Source: the human T2T-CHM13v2.0 reference genome, Homo sapiens. From it: a DNA stretch of 64,000 bases. A program made the translations under genes and the position numbers. The notes beneath the pieces are model-generated. The model was not told the DNA's origin. It worked only from the letters and a program-made list of their open reading frames with translations, and searched no databases. Shown here piece after piece: positions 48,283 to 62,944 of the stretch (positions are counted from its first letter, which is position 1; each line of letters begins with the position of its first letter). Location: assembly GCF_009914755.1 (NCBI RefSeq), contig NC_060928.1; one strand, given 5' to 3'.

Positions 48283-51000
48283 TATAGTATGATTCCTTTT
48301 ATGTAAAATTATAGATAGATATATGAATATATAGTGAGATGCATCAAGGAAATGCCATCAAAATGTTAATAAGGTTTATCTCAGGTGATGAGAGTCCAGG
48401 TGATCGGAAGTTTTGGGGTGTGGTTGGGGAATCCTATTTTAGGATTGTAGGCAGCTGTTTTCAGTCCACATTTACTCAGGAGAACTGATGGGGTGGGCCT
48501 ACAAGAATCTATTCTCATGAGGACTCAAAAAGCCCCCTAGGGTATAACTCCTTCCAAGAGAAAAAGAATTAGGGGTCCTGCGTTGGGGTCAAGAACAGTG
48601 GCTCAGTATGAGAGGGGAGGGAAAATTATGAGTACATGGTATCTATCTTGCAAATGAATAACCAGTCAGCCTTAATCCATGTTTGCATTCTAGGGAGGGG
48701 ACCTCCAAGACACGGCCAAGTGAAGCCAGAAGTGCAGTTACAAATTTGCTCATTCTGTCTTTCATTCAGCAAGTATTTACTAAGAGCCTACTAAGTGTCC
48801 AGCACTGTTCTAAAAGCTGAGGATACAGTGGTGAACCAAAACAGACAAAACTCTCTGCCTTTGTGGAGCTTATGTTCTAGTCCTTTCTTTCCCCTTGAAG
48901 CACAGAAAGCATGTCTTCTTACTATTCCAGTCTTCTTCTTATTCTTATACATCTAGTGCTCCAGAGCAAAGGAAGAATTAGCTTGCAGCAAGAATTGCAG
49001 CAGGAATTCCAGAAGAATTTGTGACACATGTCAGGCACATAGTAAGTATTTATGTAATGACACAGCATTTTCAGCTTTGGATTATGATCTCTGGGTGTTT
49101 GTGGATGTGTCTGATCCTCCCTTTTGGCTGTATACTCCTTGAGGGGAAGATGGTATCATAGACCGAGTAGGAGCTGCCTATGGTATCGTAGACAGAGTAG
49201 GAGCAGATGGTTGCTGCCCAACAGTTGTGAATGACACACTGATCCAGGGAGTAGAAATAGAAATGGAGATGAAATTGGACAGATGGACACATCTTTGTGA
49301 AGGGATCCTCAGAGGATTTGGTGACTCACCCAGGAGCCATGGTGAAATGAGAAGGAGAAGAGAATGGATTCCAGGCTTTGGCCCCAACTGGCTGGCAGAA
49401 CAATACCATTAGAACAAATGTAGGAAATTTCAAAAGCAAAACTGGCTTTTGTAGAGGACTAATAGTTTTAGATATTTTGTTTAGGTGACATTATTGGAAT
49501 ATCCAGGTGGAAATATTTAGCAGCTAATACGAAATGTACATCTGAACAGAGAGGGGGAATCTAAGAGTTTTCTGTTGAGGTGAGAGTTGAGGTCGTGATG
49601 GTGAGTGAATGAGTCACCAAGAAAGAGAGGTGATACTCCCAGGACTTATGGTCAGTCCAGTGGTGTTACTTACTGACCACGTGGCTCTGGGTATGCCATT
49701 TAAGGGCTCTAACCTTGTGTCTTCAATTCTGTGAAGGGCTAATAATGCCCGTCTTTCCTCATTCAGAATATTAGCATGACAAGATATGGGTGGAAGTGAT
49801 TTGCAAATCAGTAAGCACAATGCAAATTAAGGCTTTTGGTAAAGGATGGAGCCTGCCTAGGGAGTGAACACTGGGGTTATGACCTTGCTTTTTCACCTCA
49901 TCAATACACACCCACTCGTGCTTCAGATCTCAGTCCCAGTCTTCCTTGACCACTCATGGCCCAGTGTCCCCAGCATGGGCAGTCATTGCAAGTTGACTCT
50001 TGTTACTGTGATGATTTGATCCACACCTATCTCTTATTTCTCAGTTGCACCCCCGGGAGCAGGCTTCACATCTATTTTGCTCCCTGCTGAGAGTGCCTCA
50101 CTCCATCAATATTCACTGAATGAATAGAAGAGAAAGAAGCAAGGGAGCAAAGGCAGCAAGAAGTATGGAGTCAGAGGAGAAAGAAAAACAGAAAACCACA
50201 GCTAGAGACAAAGCTGTAGAGAGCTTTTCAAAAAGGAGGCATGATCAGCAATATTGAATGCTTTAAGAAACAAAAGCAAATGAGGAATTTGAAAAGCTCT
50301 GGATTAACTGTATTTAGAACGTTGCTGCCTAAAACAATGGCTGAAATATGACAAGAGACAAAGCTGTTGGATGAGGCTAGTCTGATTTCTAAAGAAGGTA
50401 TATGTAACTATTGAAAACCCATTCTACTACCATTAGGCATTGAACCCTAGGTAACCTTGCCTTGTGAAGCAAGAAGACAAAAGGCTTATTACTTTGGCAG
50501 AGTAACTTGAATGGAGCTGGAGAACTCTGTGAGCCGAAACCAGGTGTGTATTCACCCCGACAGGTCTGTAGTCATTGCTAGAGAAGCTTTATCATTGCTA
50601 GGCCTTTGTTCAAAACCCAAGCATTGCAATAAATTTCAGTTCAATTACTTTGATTTGTCTCTGGTGAAAAAGCAGAGTTAATTGGGGTTCATGTACTTCG
50701 TACAAATATTTAATAACTTCCATACACTATTTCATAGCGTAGACAGTCATTTTCTAAGGTCAGTTTTCATCTTTGCGATGTGAAATATTTGGAAGATATT
50801 TTATTCCTATTTGGTCCTGCAGACCTGTTCTTATGTTTGCAAGAATTCTGGAGGGAAGGACACCCCAAGCTTTCCATACACAGCCATAAAATAAAATACA
50901 GCATCTTTATTTCATGGTGGCTTCCTCAGTGTATTGTAAAGACTCTGATAGCTACATTTTTAAAATTATGGTAGAAAACACAAAAAATTTACCTTAATGA

Positions 51001-51463
<463 letters not shown>

Positions 51464-53574
51464 CTACTTTTCTTTTTTTTGGACTGGTCCCTAAAAGCTC
51501 TGCCTGGGTGGGTGACCTTAACACATCCCTGGGAAGTGAGGATGTGACCAGAGTCACTAGGTACCCATAGAAATTAGGGCAATGTTTTGGCTAATTCACA
51601 GAATCAGTAGCTTCATACAACCTTAAACAAAGAGAAAGCAGTATTCAGTGCTGGATTCATAAACATCATAAGACTGAATCCAGGTAAAGCAATTTCATTC
51701 CCAGGTATTAGTCAAATGCCTTGTGCTTGAAGGAGTGGGCAGATTAACAGCTGGAGGAAATGTAGAGCTGATATAGGTCAGGTGGTCATCCATTTAGTTA
51801 ATATGTATTGACTGTGCCTAGGCTGGATTCAGCACTCGAAAATAAAGTAGCACAAGGCACTTGCAGTCTAGAAACTATAAAGCAGACAATAAATACGCGT
51901 TTATTTGCAGCCACTTCCACAATTTCCTACGCGCTTACGGGTATCCTTTTTTCCCTCAAACTTATTTTAAATGGCAAAGATATAGATGACCATATCCTCA
52001 ATTTTAAAATCTCATCTTATTTTCCACTAAGCAGTTATTTTATAACATTAGTGCTTAACGTGTTTACCATTTAAATGAATCTGTCTTATGACCACTGGAT
52101 GTCTACCGAGCACTTAGAAGTCAGTCTCATTTACTCCTTAGAAATGCCTCGGAGGAGAATATCATTATCATTTTTATTTTGCAGATGAAGACATAGAAGC
52201 TCAGAGAGGCTGAAGGACTTCCAGAGTCACAAAGCTAGAAGGGGGCAGAGTTCGGATTAAATGTGGGTGTTCTGGTTAAATTTGGAGGTCCTCTTTACGT
52301 CCCCATACATTTGGCACAGCTGGAAAGTTGTCAGCCACTCATCAATGCGCATGTGTATTGCACACTTACCGAGCAAGGCATTTGAATGCTGCAGCAAGTG
52401 TGAAAATACAGTCAGTCCCTTACTGAGCTGACACTATAGTGAGGGAAGGCAGATAATCACAAACGAACACACAACTACAGACATGCTAAGTATTGCAAAG
52501 GGGTGCTTTGGAAGAATGAAACTCAACAACCCCACCTAGGCTGAGGTGTGGGTGTGGGTGGGGGTGGTGGAGGGCGTGACAGACAAGAATTTTCCTTCTG
52601 AATACAAAGCTTCAGGACTGTGTTCTTAATCACTGTTGACTGCAGCCAAACATTCAAGTTGGTTTTGTTCTGTAGGAGGGTTTGGTTACTGCACAGGTGG
52701 AGTTAGTTGAATTGTGGGCACCCACACCAGCTGAAACCTGTTTTGATATGCGCACAGTGTGAAACACACCCTCTGTGAGGTTTCTGCTTAAATATACACG
52801 ATTTGGTGCCAAAATTAGAATCAACACCTGGGCAAGGAAGTAACACCTGACCTATCACTTACTATGTTAGTGCTACTTTCAGCAAAGGAAAGGACAAATA
52901 TGGTCCTGTTTGGGAGGGGAAAAAAAGTGCCGTTTGACTTGATGCAAATCTTGAGAAAATGATGTCTACTCTGCTCTCTTCCCCTAAATTGACACAATCA
53001 TGGGAAAAATGGACAGGAAAGCATTAACAAGACACAATTGTAAAAGTTAACAGTAACACAGGCAAGAATCCACTTCTCTATTAAAACCAGGGAGCAGGTT
53101 TCTTCAGATAGTTTCATGGTGTACCTGGTTGTTAATTAGTATTAATTTCACTGAACTATATGAACATTAGCTATCCTCACTAGATGTTCTCAGGCCCAGA
53201 ATGAACAACATGCTCAGTGGACCACTGGACCAGACACTTAGTTTTTAAGACATGGCAAAGACTTTCTCTCTGCTGCTCTTTCTGCAGATTCCAGTCTGGG
53301 ACACCGGGAACCATGGTTTCCAGACTTTTGAGAACTGTCTCAATTTCAGATATTCCGTTTCTGGTCAAACCACAGCTTCTTGGAGACAAGGGACTGCCAT
53401 GTCTCATATGTCACTGTGTATCTGTCTCCAACAGAGTGTTTGCATATTGTACATAATGGATTAATTGCATGTCTGCCAATACAGAAATAATCACCACAGT
53501 TATGAGAGACATTTAATAAAACCAGAGATGTTGGAGTGTCAGTGCAGACTTGCCATTAAGTAATTAACTGATAT

Positions 53575-54330
53575 AATGAATAAACAGTTATTGAGCACCT
53601 ACTCTGTGTCAGGCACTGTTGTAGATACTGGGGTTACAGAAGCAAATGAAACAGGCAAAAATTCTGCCCTGGTAGAGCTTAAGTGAGGGAAACAGATAAA
53701 TAGGAAAACTAAATCGATTATGTGGCATATTAGATGGTAATAGAAAATATGGAGAAAAATACAATAGGGAAGTATTGCAGTGGGGTTGTTTGCAATTTTT
53801 GATAGGGTAGTCAGGGAAAGTGACATGTGAGCAGAAATGTGGAGGAATTATGCAGCGAGCCAGGCAGAGACCTGGGGAAGAGCCCTCCAGGCAAAGGTAC
53901 TGCATGTGCAAAGGTCCTGAGGTGGGAGCATGCCTGGCACTTTCAAGGAAGAGCAAAGAGGTCAGGATGGCTTGAGTAGAGAAAACATGAGTGAGAGAAA
54001 CAGGAGATAACCGGGGTCAGAACACGTAGGGCAAGCTTGTCCAACCCGCAGGTACCCACAGGCCTCATGCAGTCCAGGATGGCTTTAAATGCAGCCAACA
54101 CAAATACGTAAACTTTCTTAAACCATCATGAGATTTTTTTTTCTTTTAGCTCATCAGCTATCATTAGAGTTAGTGTATTTTATGTGTAGCCCAAGACAAT
54201 TATTCTTCCAATGTGGCCCAGGGAAGCCAAAAGATTGGACACCCCTGATGTTGGGTTTCATAGGCCACTGTAAAGACTTCAGCTTTTATCTGAGTCAGAG
54301 TGGAAGGCACTGGAGAGTTTGATCAGAGGA
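53575..54330 (-). mobile_element. L2 3' region interrupted by MER30
   Basis: ttattgagcacctactctgtgtcaggcactg...gcaaaggtcctgaggtggga...ggccactgtaaagacttcagcttttatctgag. Confidence 0.8.
54032..54247. mobile_element. MER30 hAT MITE
   Basis: TIRs caagcttgtccaa / ttggacacccctg; 8-bp TSD acgtaggg/atgttggg. Confidence 0.85.
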
Positions 54331-54347
54331 TAATAATGATGATAATA

Positions 54348-54688
54348 TAGTCATGCATCATTTAACAACAGGGATACACTCTTGAAAATGCATTGGTAAG
54401 CAATTTTGTCCTTGTGTGAACATCATAGAGTGCACTTACACAAACCTAGATGGTATAGCCTACTACACACCTAGGCTATATGGTATAGCCTAGTTCTCCT
54501 AGGTACAAACCTGTACAGCATGTTACTATACTGAATACTCTAGGCAACTGTAACACAATGGTATTTGTGTATTTAAATGTAGGAAAAGTATAATAAAAAT
54601 ACAGTATAAAATATTAAAAATGGTACACCTATATAGGGCACTTACTGTAAAAGGCGCTTGCAGGACTGGACATTGCTTTGGGTGAGCG
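54348..54688. mobile_element. Tigger3 (Golem) fragment
   Basis: aacatcatagagtgcacttacacaaacctagatggtatagcctactacacacctaggcta. Confidence 0.8.
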
Positions 54689-56624
54689 GATCTCAACTCA
54701 TACCCCAGAATCCCTGCTTGTCTGTGCTCCCATAGTGTTTACACCCTGTAGCACTTTTTTCTATCTGTTATAATTACAGATTTGGCATTTATATCCTCTC
54801 TTAGCAGTGGTTTCCTTGAATGCAGGTGCCACATCTTGCTTTTCCTTGTAGTTCTCTGAGCTCCTAGCACAGGGAAAGGCACGTAGTAGGCATTCGTTGA
54901 ATGAATGAGAGAAGGAGCTACAGTGGGAAGAACCTGGGTATTATGTCTGGAAAGACTCATTTTAGGGTCCAATCTCCACCACTTCTAATTGTCCACTTAT
55001 TTGACGCTGGTTGTGCAAGTTGCTTAAACTTCACGAGCCTCACTTCTCTCATCTACAAAATGCAGATAGTAATACCTAGTGAGGCTTCAATGAGATAATG
55101 CATGTCAGCACTTGGTACACTGTTCACTCTCTTTCTCCTCCTCTTGAATGAGGGAAGACAGTGATTTCTGAGGAAGGGTTAGGTAGAGGAAGTGTTAAGC
55201 AGACCAGAGGGACACTTGACCACTCAGCACTAGAAAACTCTGAAGCCTGCCAGGTTTTTGGTGGGCCTCTCTCCACACCGTCTCTTCACCCATAGCTGGC
55301 TTTTTCTGAGAACAGGTACAGGAGCAGGTACAGACTCAGCTCAGAAATGGAAGGAAATTATCTTGACATAATAAAGGCTATAGCTAATAATCATACCCAG
55401 TGGTGAAAAACTGAAGGCTTTCTTTCAAGATCAGAAACAAGACAAGAATGTCCATTTTCTACATTTCTACTCAACATACTACGGGTAGTACTAGCCCAAA
55501 CAATTAGGTAAGAAAAAGAAATAAAAGGCACTCAAATTAGAAAGGAAGAAAAAAATTATATATGTTTGCAAATAATATAATCTTATTTGTAGAAAATCTG
55601 AAATATTCCAGAAAAATAAAAAACTGTTAGAACTAATACATTTAGCAAAGTTGGAGGATACAAATTCAGCGCACAAAAATCAGTTGCATTTTTAAAGACT
55701 GACAATGAGTAATCTGAAAAAAGTTAATAAAACAATCCCATTTACAACAGCATCAAATAAATAAAATACTTATCCAAGAAAGTGAAAGGCATATAGTAAA
55801 CTGTAAAACATTGCTAAATGAAATTAAATAAGACACAAACAGAAAGACATCTCATGTTCAGGGATTGGAAGCATTAAAATATCCATACTACACAAAGCAA
55901 TATACAGATCCAATGCAATGCTTATCAAAGATTCCAATGTCATTGTTTATAGAAATAGAAAAAAAATACTAAAATCCATATAGAATCTCAAAAATAGCCA
56001 AAACATCTTGAGAAAGGAAAACAAGGCTGGAAGCCTCACACTTCCTGATTTTAAAGCATTACAGAGGTAGGGTAATTAAAACAGAATGTCACTGACATAA
56101 AGACAGACATATAGACCAATGGGACAGAATAAGGAGCCCAGAAATAAACTCTCATGTATATCATCAAATGATCTTTGACAAGAGTGTCAAGACAACACAA
56201 TGGGGAAAGGATAGTTTCTCAACAAATGGAATTGGGAAAACCGGATATCCACCTGCAAAAGAATGAAATTGGACTCTTGACTGTACAAAAATTAACTGAA
56301 AATGTATTAAAGACCTAAATGTAAGACCTGAAGCTATAAAACTCTTAGGAGAAAATATAGGAGGAAATCTTCATGACATTGGATTTGGCAATGATGTCTA
56401 GTGTATGACACAAAAGCACAGGTGACAAAAGCAAAAATAGCAAGTGGGACTGCAAAAACTTCTGTGCAGGAAAGGAAACAATCAACAGAGTGGAAAGGCA
56501 ACCTGCAGAATGGGAGCAAATATCTGTAAACCATAGATCTGATAAGGAGTTAATATCCAGAATATATAAAGAACTCCTACAACTCAACCACATAAAAATA
56601 AATAATTCGATTAAAAAATAGGCA

Positions 56625-56934
<310 letters not shown>

Positions 56935-56936
56935 AT

Positions 56937-57000
56937 TAATTGCAGCTTTTGCCATTTTTTTTTAAATATGGAAACCACAATTACTTTTGCAGCAATCTAA
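56937..57000. mobile_element. MADE1 (Hsmar1 MITE), left TIR truncated
   Basis: taattgcagcttttgccatt...aaaccacaattacttttgcagcaatctaa followed by TA. Confidence 0.85.
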
Positions 57001-57198
57001 TAAAGTAGTCAAACTCCTAGAAACAGAAAGTGAATGGTGGTTAACAGGGGCTGGGGGAGAGGGGAATAGGAAGTTCTTTAATAGGTGTTTCTGTATGGGA
57101 AGATTAAAAAGTTCTGGAGATAGACCATGGTGATGATAGCACAACATGTGAATGTACTTACTGCCACTGAATGGTGCACTTAAAAATGGTTAAGATGG

Positions 57199-57721
57199 GT
57201 CCTGGGCAGGGTGGCCCACTCCAAGGCCTGGGTGCAGTGGGAGGGTCCTGACGTGGTGTCCCTAGAGGCCCTCCCTGCCCCTTTCTCCCCCTGAAAGGCG
57301 TGTGTCCCCTCTCTGTACCTCGCTGGAAGCCCAGCCGCTGGCGCAGCACGTGTTCCTGGCATACCAGGCTCACGTGCATGTTAGTGAGCCACAAGATGCA
57401 GGGATGGAGAAGAAAGCCTTCGCCTACCAGTAGCTGCCTGCTAGGCACCAGGGGATGGGCTGATTTGCTCCAGAATGAATCCACATCAGGAATAGCAGTT
57501 ACAATTGAGGCCGCCACCTGATTAAGTTTGTAGTAATCTCTCATTCTCCAGATCTGCCTGTCTTCTGCAAAGGCCAAACAGGCCAAGTGAGGACACCTTG
57601 AGATGGTGGACCCCCGCCAGCTGGGAAGAGGACCCTCACCTGACCATGCTGATGCTCTGATTGCAGACTTCCAACCTCCAGAACTGTGAGAAAATAAATA
57701 TTTGTTGCTTAAACCACACAC
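57199..57721 (+). pseudogene. TSD-flanked retrotransposed non-coding RNA fragment (unique GC-rich part, antisense ERVL RT piece, MLT1 polyA region)
   Basis: TSD aaaatggttaagatgg (57183-57198) / aaaatgggctaagatgg (57722-57738) at a TT/AAAA site; AATAAA at 57693-57698. Confidence 0.75.
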
Positions 57722-58734
57722 AAAATGGGCTAAGATGGTGAATTTTATGTATATTTTCCCACAGATACACACATACACACAAGATATACTTGAACAACAC
57801 CCCCGGGGATTCTGATTAATCTGGGGCTTGGGAAAATGCATTTCAAATATGCGACTGAGGTGGTTTTGATAGGGGTAAACAAGAAGTGAAAGAAACAGGA
57901 AGATGAACTGTTACCCGTAATGTGAGAAACCTATGAGGAAGCTGAACCACCCTGTGGGGTTCTGTCACTGGGAGTGACTTCCTGGTGTTCTGCTGAGCTA
58001 CTCATTTTTCACTGTTTTGGTTATTGAGGTTGAACTGCTTGAATGAAAGGTGCGATACTGGGCTCTGGGTGGGGAGAGCAAAATCTGTTAATCTCAGGGG
58101 AGATGATCAAATACAAGAAGTGCAGAACTGAAGCTCTCAAAGGGACCTTGGTAACTTCTAGCAGCTCAGCTCTCCACTTCCTCCTCTGTGCAGTGGGAAA
58201 ATGAAGCCCAGTTTACGTGTTGTTATTATAGAGACCAAATGAGATAAAAGGTGTGAAAGTGTTTTTTACTTTTTAATCAATTACTCAGTTTACTCATAGG
58301 GTGAGTGCTTAAATATGGGCTCCATAAAGGGTCAGGGCAAAAGTTCTCAACCCCGAGTACATATTAACATTACTTGAGGAGCTTTGAAAAATACCCAGAT
58401 TGACCTCCTCCCCTCCACGATTCTCAGTCCACTGGTCTGGGGAGGGCACCGAGTTTGGGCATTTTTTAAAAATCTCTCAGGTTTTTCTACTGGCAGCCAG
58501 GCTTGAGCACTACCCCTCTATTAGTGGTGAATTCTAAGTGGTAAAACGGGAAAGGCTTAATCAAGAAGGACTTGTTTGAGCTAGACCTTATGTAAGATTT
58601 GAGGAATAATATTTTGGGACTAGGTAGTATATATACACACTATAAAATTTAGAAGTCTAAAAGGATTTATCATGAAAAGTGTATCTTCTCTGTCCTTCTC
58701 TCTGGAGGGGAGTCAGCAACTCTGACCAGCTCTC

Positions 58735-59048
<314 letters not shown>

Positions 59049-60295
59049 TGACCAGCTCTCGTTTATAATACTGGAGATACTCTTTACAGTTGCTATTAAG
59101 GATCTTGTCAGATTGGTCAGGGGAAAGGAGAGGAAAAGAGCAGGTGTCATTTTCTGTTCCACAACCTTCCACTAGGCACAGAATATCATTTGGATAGGTA
59201 TAACTTGATTGAGGAAATCCATTTAAGAAAAAAATAGAAAGTTGATTTTCAGAATAGGGCTTTCTTCTTTCCCTCCTCCTCCTCCTCCTTTTCAGTTTCT
59301 TTCTTTCTTCCTGTCACAGTAAATTCTGAGCAGCTTGAATTTTTAAAATTTAACTTTTTATTCTGAGGTAATTGTAGATTCACATGCAGTTGGTAAGAAA
59401 TAGTACCAAGAGATCCCATGTACATTTTGCTTAATTTTAATTCATTTTCATTCCAGTACTAATCAAGATATTTCAGATCAAACTCTCTAGTACTGTTTTG
59501 AAAAACTACAACCCAGAATTGAGAGTGAGGTTGCAGGAGAGGGCGGGGCTGTGGAGGAACAACGTGTTTTCGTGTTTTCGGTCTTCCCTCATTGTTTCTG
59601 GGAAATCACAACTAACATGCAATGTGCCCGTGGCACAGTCCCAGCTGGGGACTAATTAAGACTCTCTGGCAACAGATGCTGTCCGCTCGTTTATATTAAT
59701 AATGTCCTCCTTTGTGTGCTGGACATGCCAGGGCAAAGGAGGCCAGCTCGGGGAGAGGCTCTCTACCAAAGTGGAACCAGCAGTTTCTACCTGGGTCCTG
59801 ACTCCAAGTCAGAATATGAGAAAACACTGCACTTGCCCATTCCAGATCCTGCCTTCCTGGTCTCCAGACTCAGGGAAACTAACAGATGGAGGCAGCAAGC
59901 CATTCCTGACTCTCAGGTGTCCACGCTGACTCTGAATGGTTACTGGATTCCTGGATAGCACAAGCCCTCTGTCAAACGTGATTCACAAACACAGATCACA
60001 TGATGACAGAGTAACTGCGGTCCTTCTCTGCCTCTTCCTTTTTGTACTGCATTGGCAGGAAGGAACACCTGGTCAGAAGCAGGTGGCTGGAAGAAAGAGG
60101 TTTTAATCTTTTTCCAGTCCAACTCATCTTCCACAGCAGTCACCTGCATACTGTGTAACAAGTGGCCAATGCATTGAAAATGCAAACCATCAGGCCTGAG
60201 ATTTTATGGGTAAGAAGGTTGCTGGATTATGCATTTCCCCGCTATGGACGTTTTGGCCCAGTATTTCGTTCTTATGCTTATGTCATTTGTGTTAA

Positions 60296-60703
<408 letters not shown>

Positions 60704-61182
60704 TAGGCTTCATCACGTTTGTTAAGATATTTAAAATATACAACGGAAGAAAGAGTAGAACCCGACCACTAATAAACATGATCCCAGGCTTCTATAATCA
60801 TGTGAAGTAGAACACTATGCACACATATGAAATTTAGGCACGCTCTTTTCTAAACTGATGATAACTACCATTTGTTAATATATTCTGGGCAGAATGTTAA
60901 TGTTTTGCATGACTTCATTTAACCCTTACAACAAGTCTATGATATATGCTGTTATTATGTCCATTTTATTGTTGGAGCAACCGATGCCTGCAAAGGTGAA
61001 GTTATTGCTCAAGGTCCACATGGCTGGTGGGTGAGGCAGGGTTTGGACCCAAATCTGTCTGGCACTGAAGCAGGGACTCTTTGTCTGTGTTATATATACA
61101 GCTAGTGAAGCCTTTGGACCTCTTCTCAGAATACTATTTTCAAATGCAAAAAATAAAATACACAGTACAAAGAAAAGCAATT

Positions 61183-61450
61183 CTCTGTCACCCAGGCTGG
61201 CATGCAGCGGTACGATCTCGGCTCACTGCAACCTCCACCTCCCAGGTTCAAGCGGTTCTTCTGCTTCAGCCTCCTGAGTAGCTGGGACTACGTGCATGTG
61301 CCACCACGCCTGGCTCATTTTTGTATTTTTGGTAGAGAAGGGGTTTCTCCATGTTGGGTAGGCAGGTCTCAAACTCCTGGCCTCAAGTGACCCACCCGCC
61401 TCGGCCTCCCAAAGTGCTGGGATTACAGGCATGAGCCATGACACCTGGCC
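61183..61450 (-). mobile_element. Alu lacking its tail and 3' end
   Basis: Starts ctctgtcacccaggctgg with no polyT. Confidence 0.9.
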
Positions 61451-61477
61451 TTGAAATACCGAAGTATAGTTTTCAAC

Positions 61478-61973
61478 TGCGGTAGGCAGCCTCAAAGGTG
61501 GTCCCTACTCATGGTATTTATTCCTTCATGTAATCTCCTCCCTTTGAGTTGGGGCTGGACCTAGTGACTCACTTCTGATGAACAGAGTATGGGAGGAATG
61601 ATGGTATGCCACTTCTGAGATTAGGTTCCAGAGAGATTGTGGCTTCTTGAATGCTTTCTCTTGCTCTCTCTTGAGTTGTTCCCACTTGAAGAAGCCAGCT
61701 GCCACATCCTAAGGTAGCTGTAAGGTGGAGAGGTCCATGTGTCTAAGACCTGAGGCCTTCCAACAACCACGTGAGGGAGCTTGGAAGCAGACCCCACTTT
61801 GTGCGGTCTTAGAGAACAGAGGCCCTGGCTGACACCTTGTTACGGCCACATGACACAACTGGACCCAAAACCACCTGGCTAAGCTGCACCTGCCTTCCAA
61901 ACCCACAGATAACAGATGTTTGCTGTTTTTAATCACTTGTGAAGTAATTTGCTATGCAGCAATAAATAATATG
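61478..61973 (+). mobile_element. MLT1 (MaLR) solo LTR
   Basis: Perfect 5-bp TSD tcaac (61473-61477 and 61974-61978); gctggacctagtgactcacttct and taatttgctatgcagcaata motifs. Confidence 0.88.
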
Positions 61974-62145
61974 TCAACCTATTAAAATAATAAATTTGGG
62001 ATATATATGTGGTCTTAGTGAGAAGGCATGTCTGAAATATAGGCAAATTAAAGTTAGATTTTTATATTTTAAGACATATTGGCATGAAGGCTATTGTTCC
62101 TTGGCTTGAATAAGAAGATTAGAAAGTGCGACAAACTTTGTCAAG

Positions 62146-62939
62146 TGTAATAACCACATTTTCTAGTTTCTGTATTTGATATTTGACATCTGGGGCCTTG
62201 TGACCCTAGAGAGACTGCCATTCCCAGGGCTAGTCAATACCTAGAGATAATAAATGCTTCACCCACCTGGGAGCGTGCGTTTCATATGCAAACCAGCTAG
62301 TCCAGAGCTCATACCCAAATCACCTTCTTTTTTTGAGACAGGGTCTCACTCTGTTGCCTAGGCTGGAGTGCAGTGGAGTGATTTAAGTTCACTGCACGCC
62401 TGGCTAATTTCTGTATTTTTAGTAGAGACGGGGTATTGCCATGGTGCCCAGGCTGGTCTTGAACTCCTGGAGCTCAACTGATCTGCCCGCCCCGGCCTCC
62501 CAAAGTGCTGGCATTACAGGTGTGCACCACTGTGCCCGGCTTCAATCACGTCCTTTATTGTTTTCTTACACTCTAGGCCACTGTCTGCCTGGCCTAATCA
62601 CCCCAGGGCCTGCTACCTGGTCCCTGACAACTAGAGACACTCCCTCCACCCCAGAGCCCGCTGAAATTATTCAAGCCAGCCAATGTGAGGCCTACTTACC
62701 CTGCTGCCCACTCTGTTCCTTCTCGAGGAGACCAAAAAAGGCTCTTGCCCATGTATTCCCGTCTCTGCCTCCTGACTGACCCCAGTGTTCTACATGTCAC
62801 ATCCCTCAGCCCCATGGCATGGTGCATCCCCTTCTCTTGGGATCTGTGAATATAACCAACTGTCTTGTCAATGGCAGTCATCTCCTGATCTGTTGGCCTT
62901 GCAATACCTAAATAATATGAAAACCTACATTTTAAAACA
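62146..62939 (+). mobile_element. ERVL-type LTR (LTR47/LTR53-like) containing an internally deleted Alu (62326-62541, minus strand)
   Basis: TG...CA ends; gacatctggggccttgtgaccctagagagactgcc motif. Confidence 0.65.
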
Positions 62940-62944
62940 ACAAC

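Noticed and set aside
49150-49206. ~30-bp local tandem duplication (atggtatc.tagac.gagtaggagc twice); a similar 21-bp case at 39454-39511
   Set aside because: Ordinary slippage-type duplications with no further structure.
57158-57841. 227-aa minus-strand ORF as a novel gene
   Set aside because: It is a patchwork across L1, MLT1, an ERVL RT scrap and unique sequence; the TSD and AATAAA point to a plus-strand RNA.
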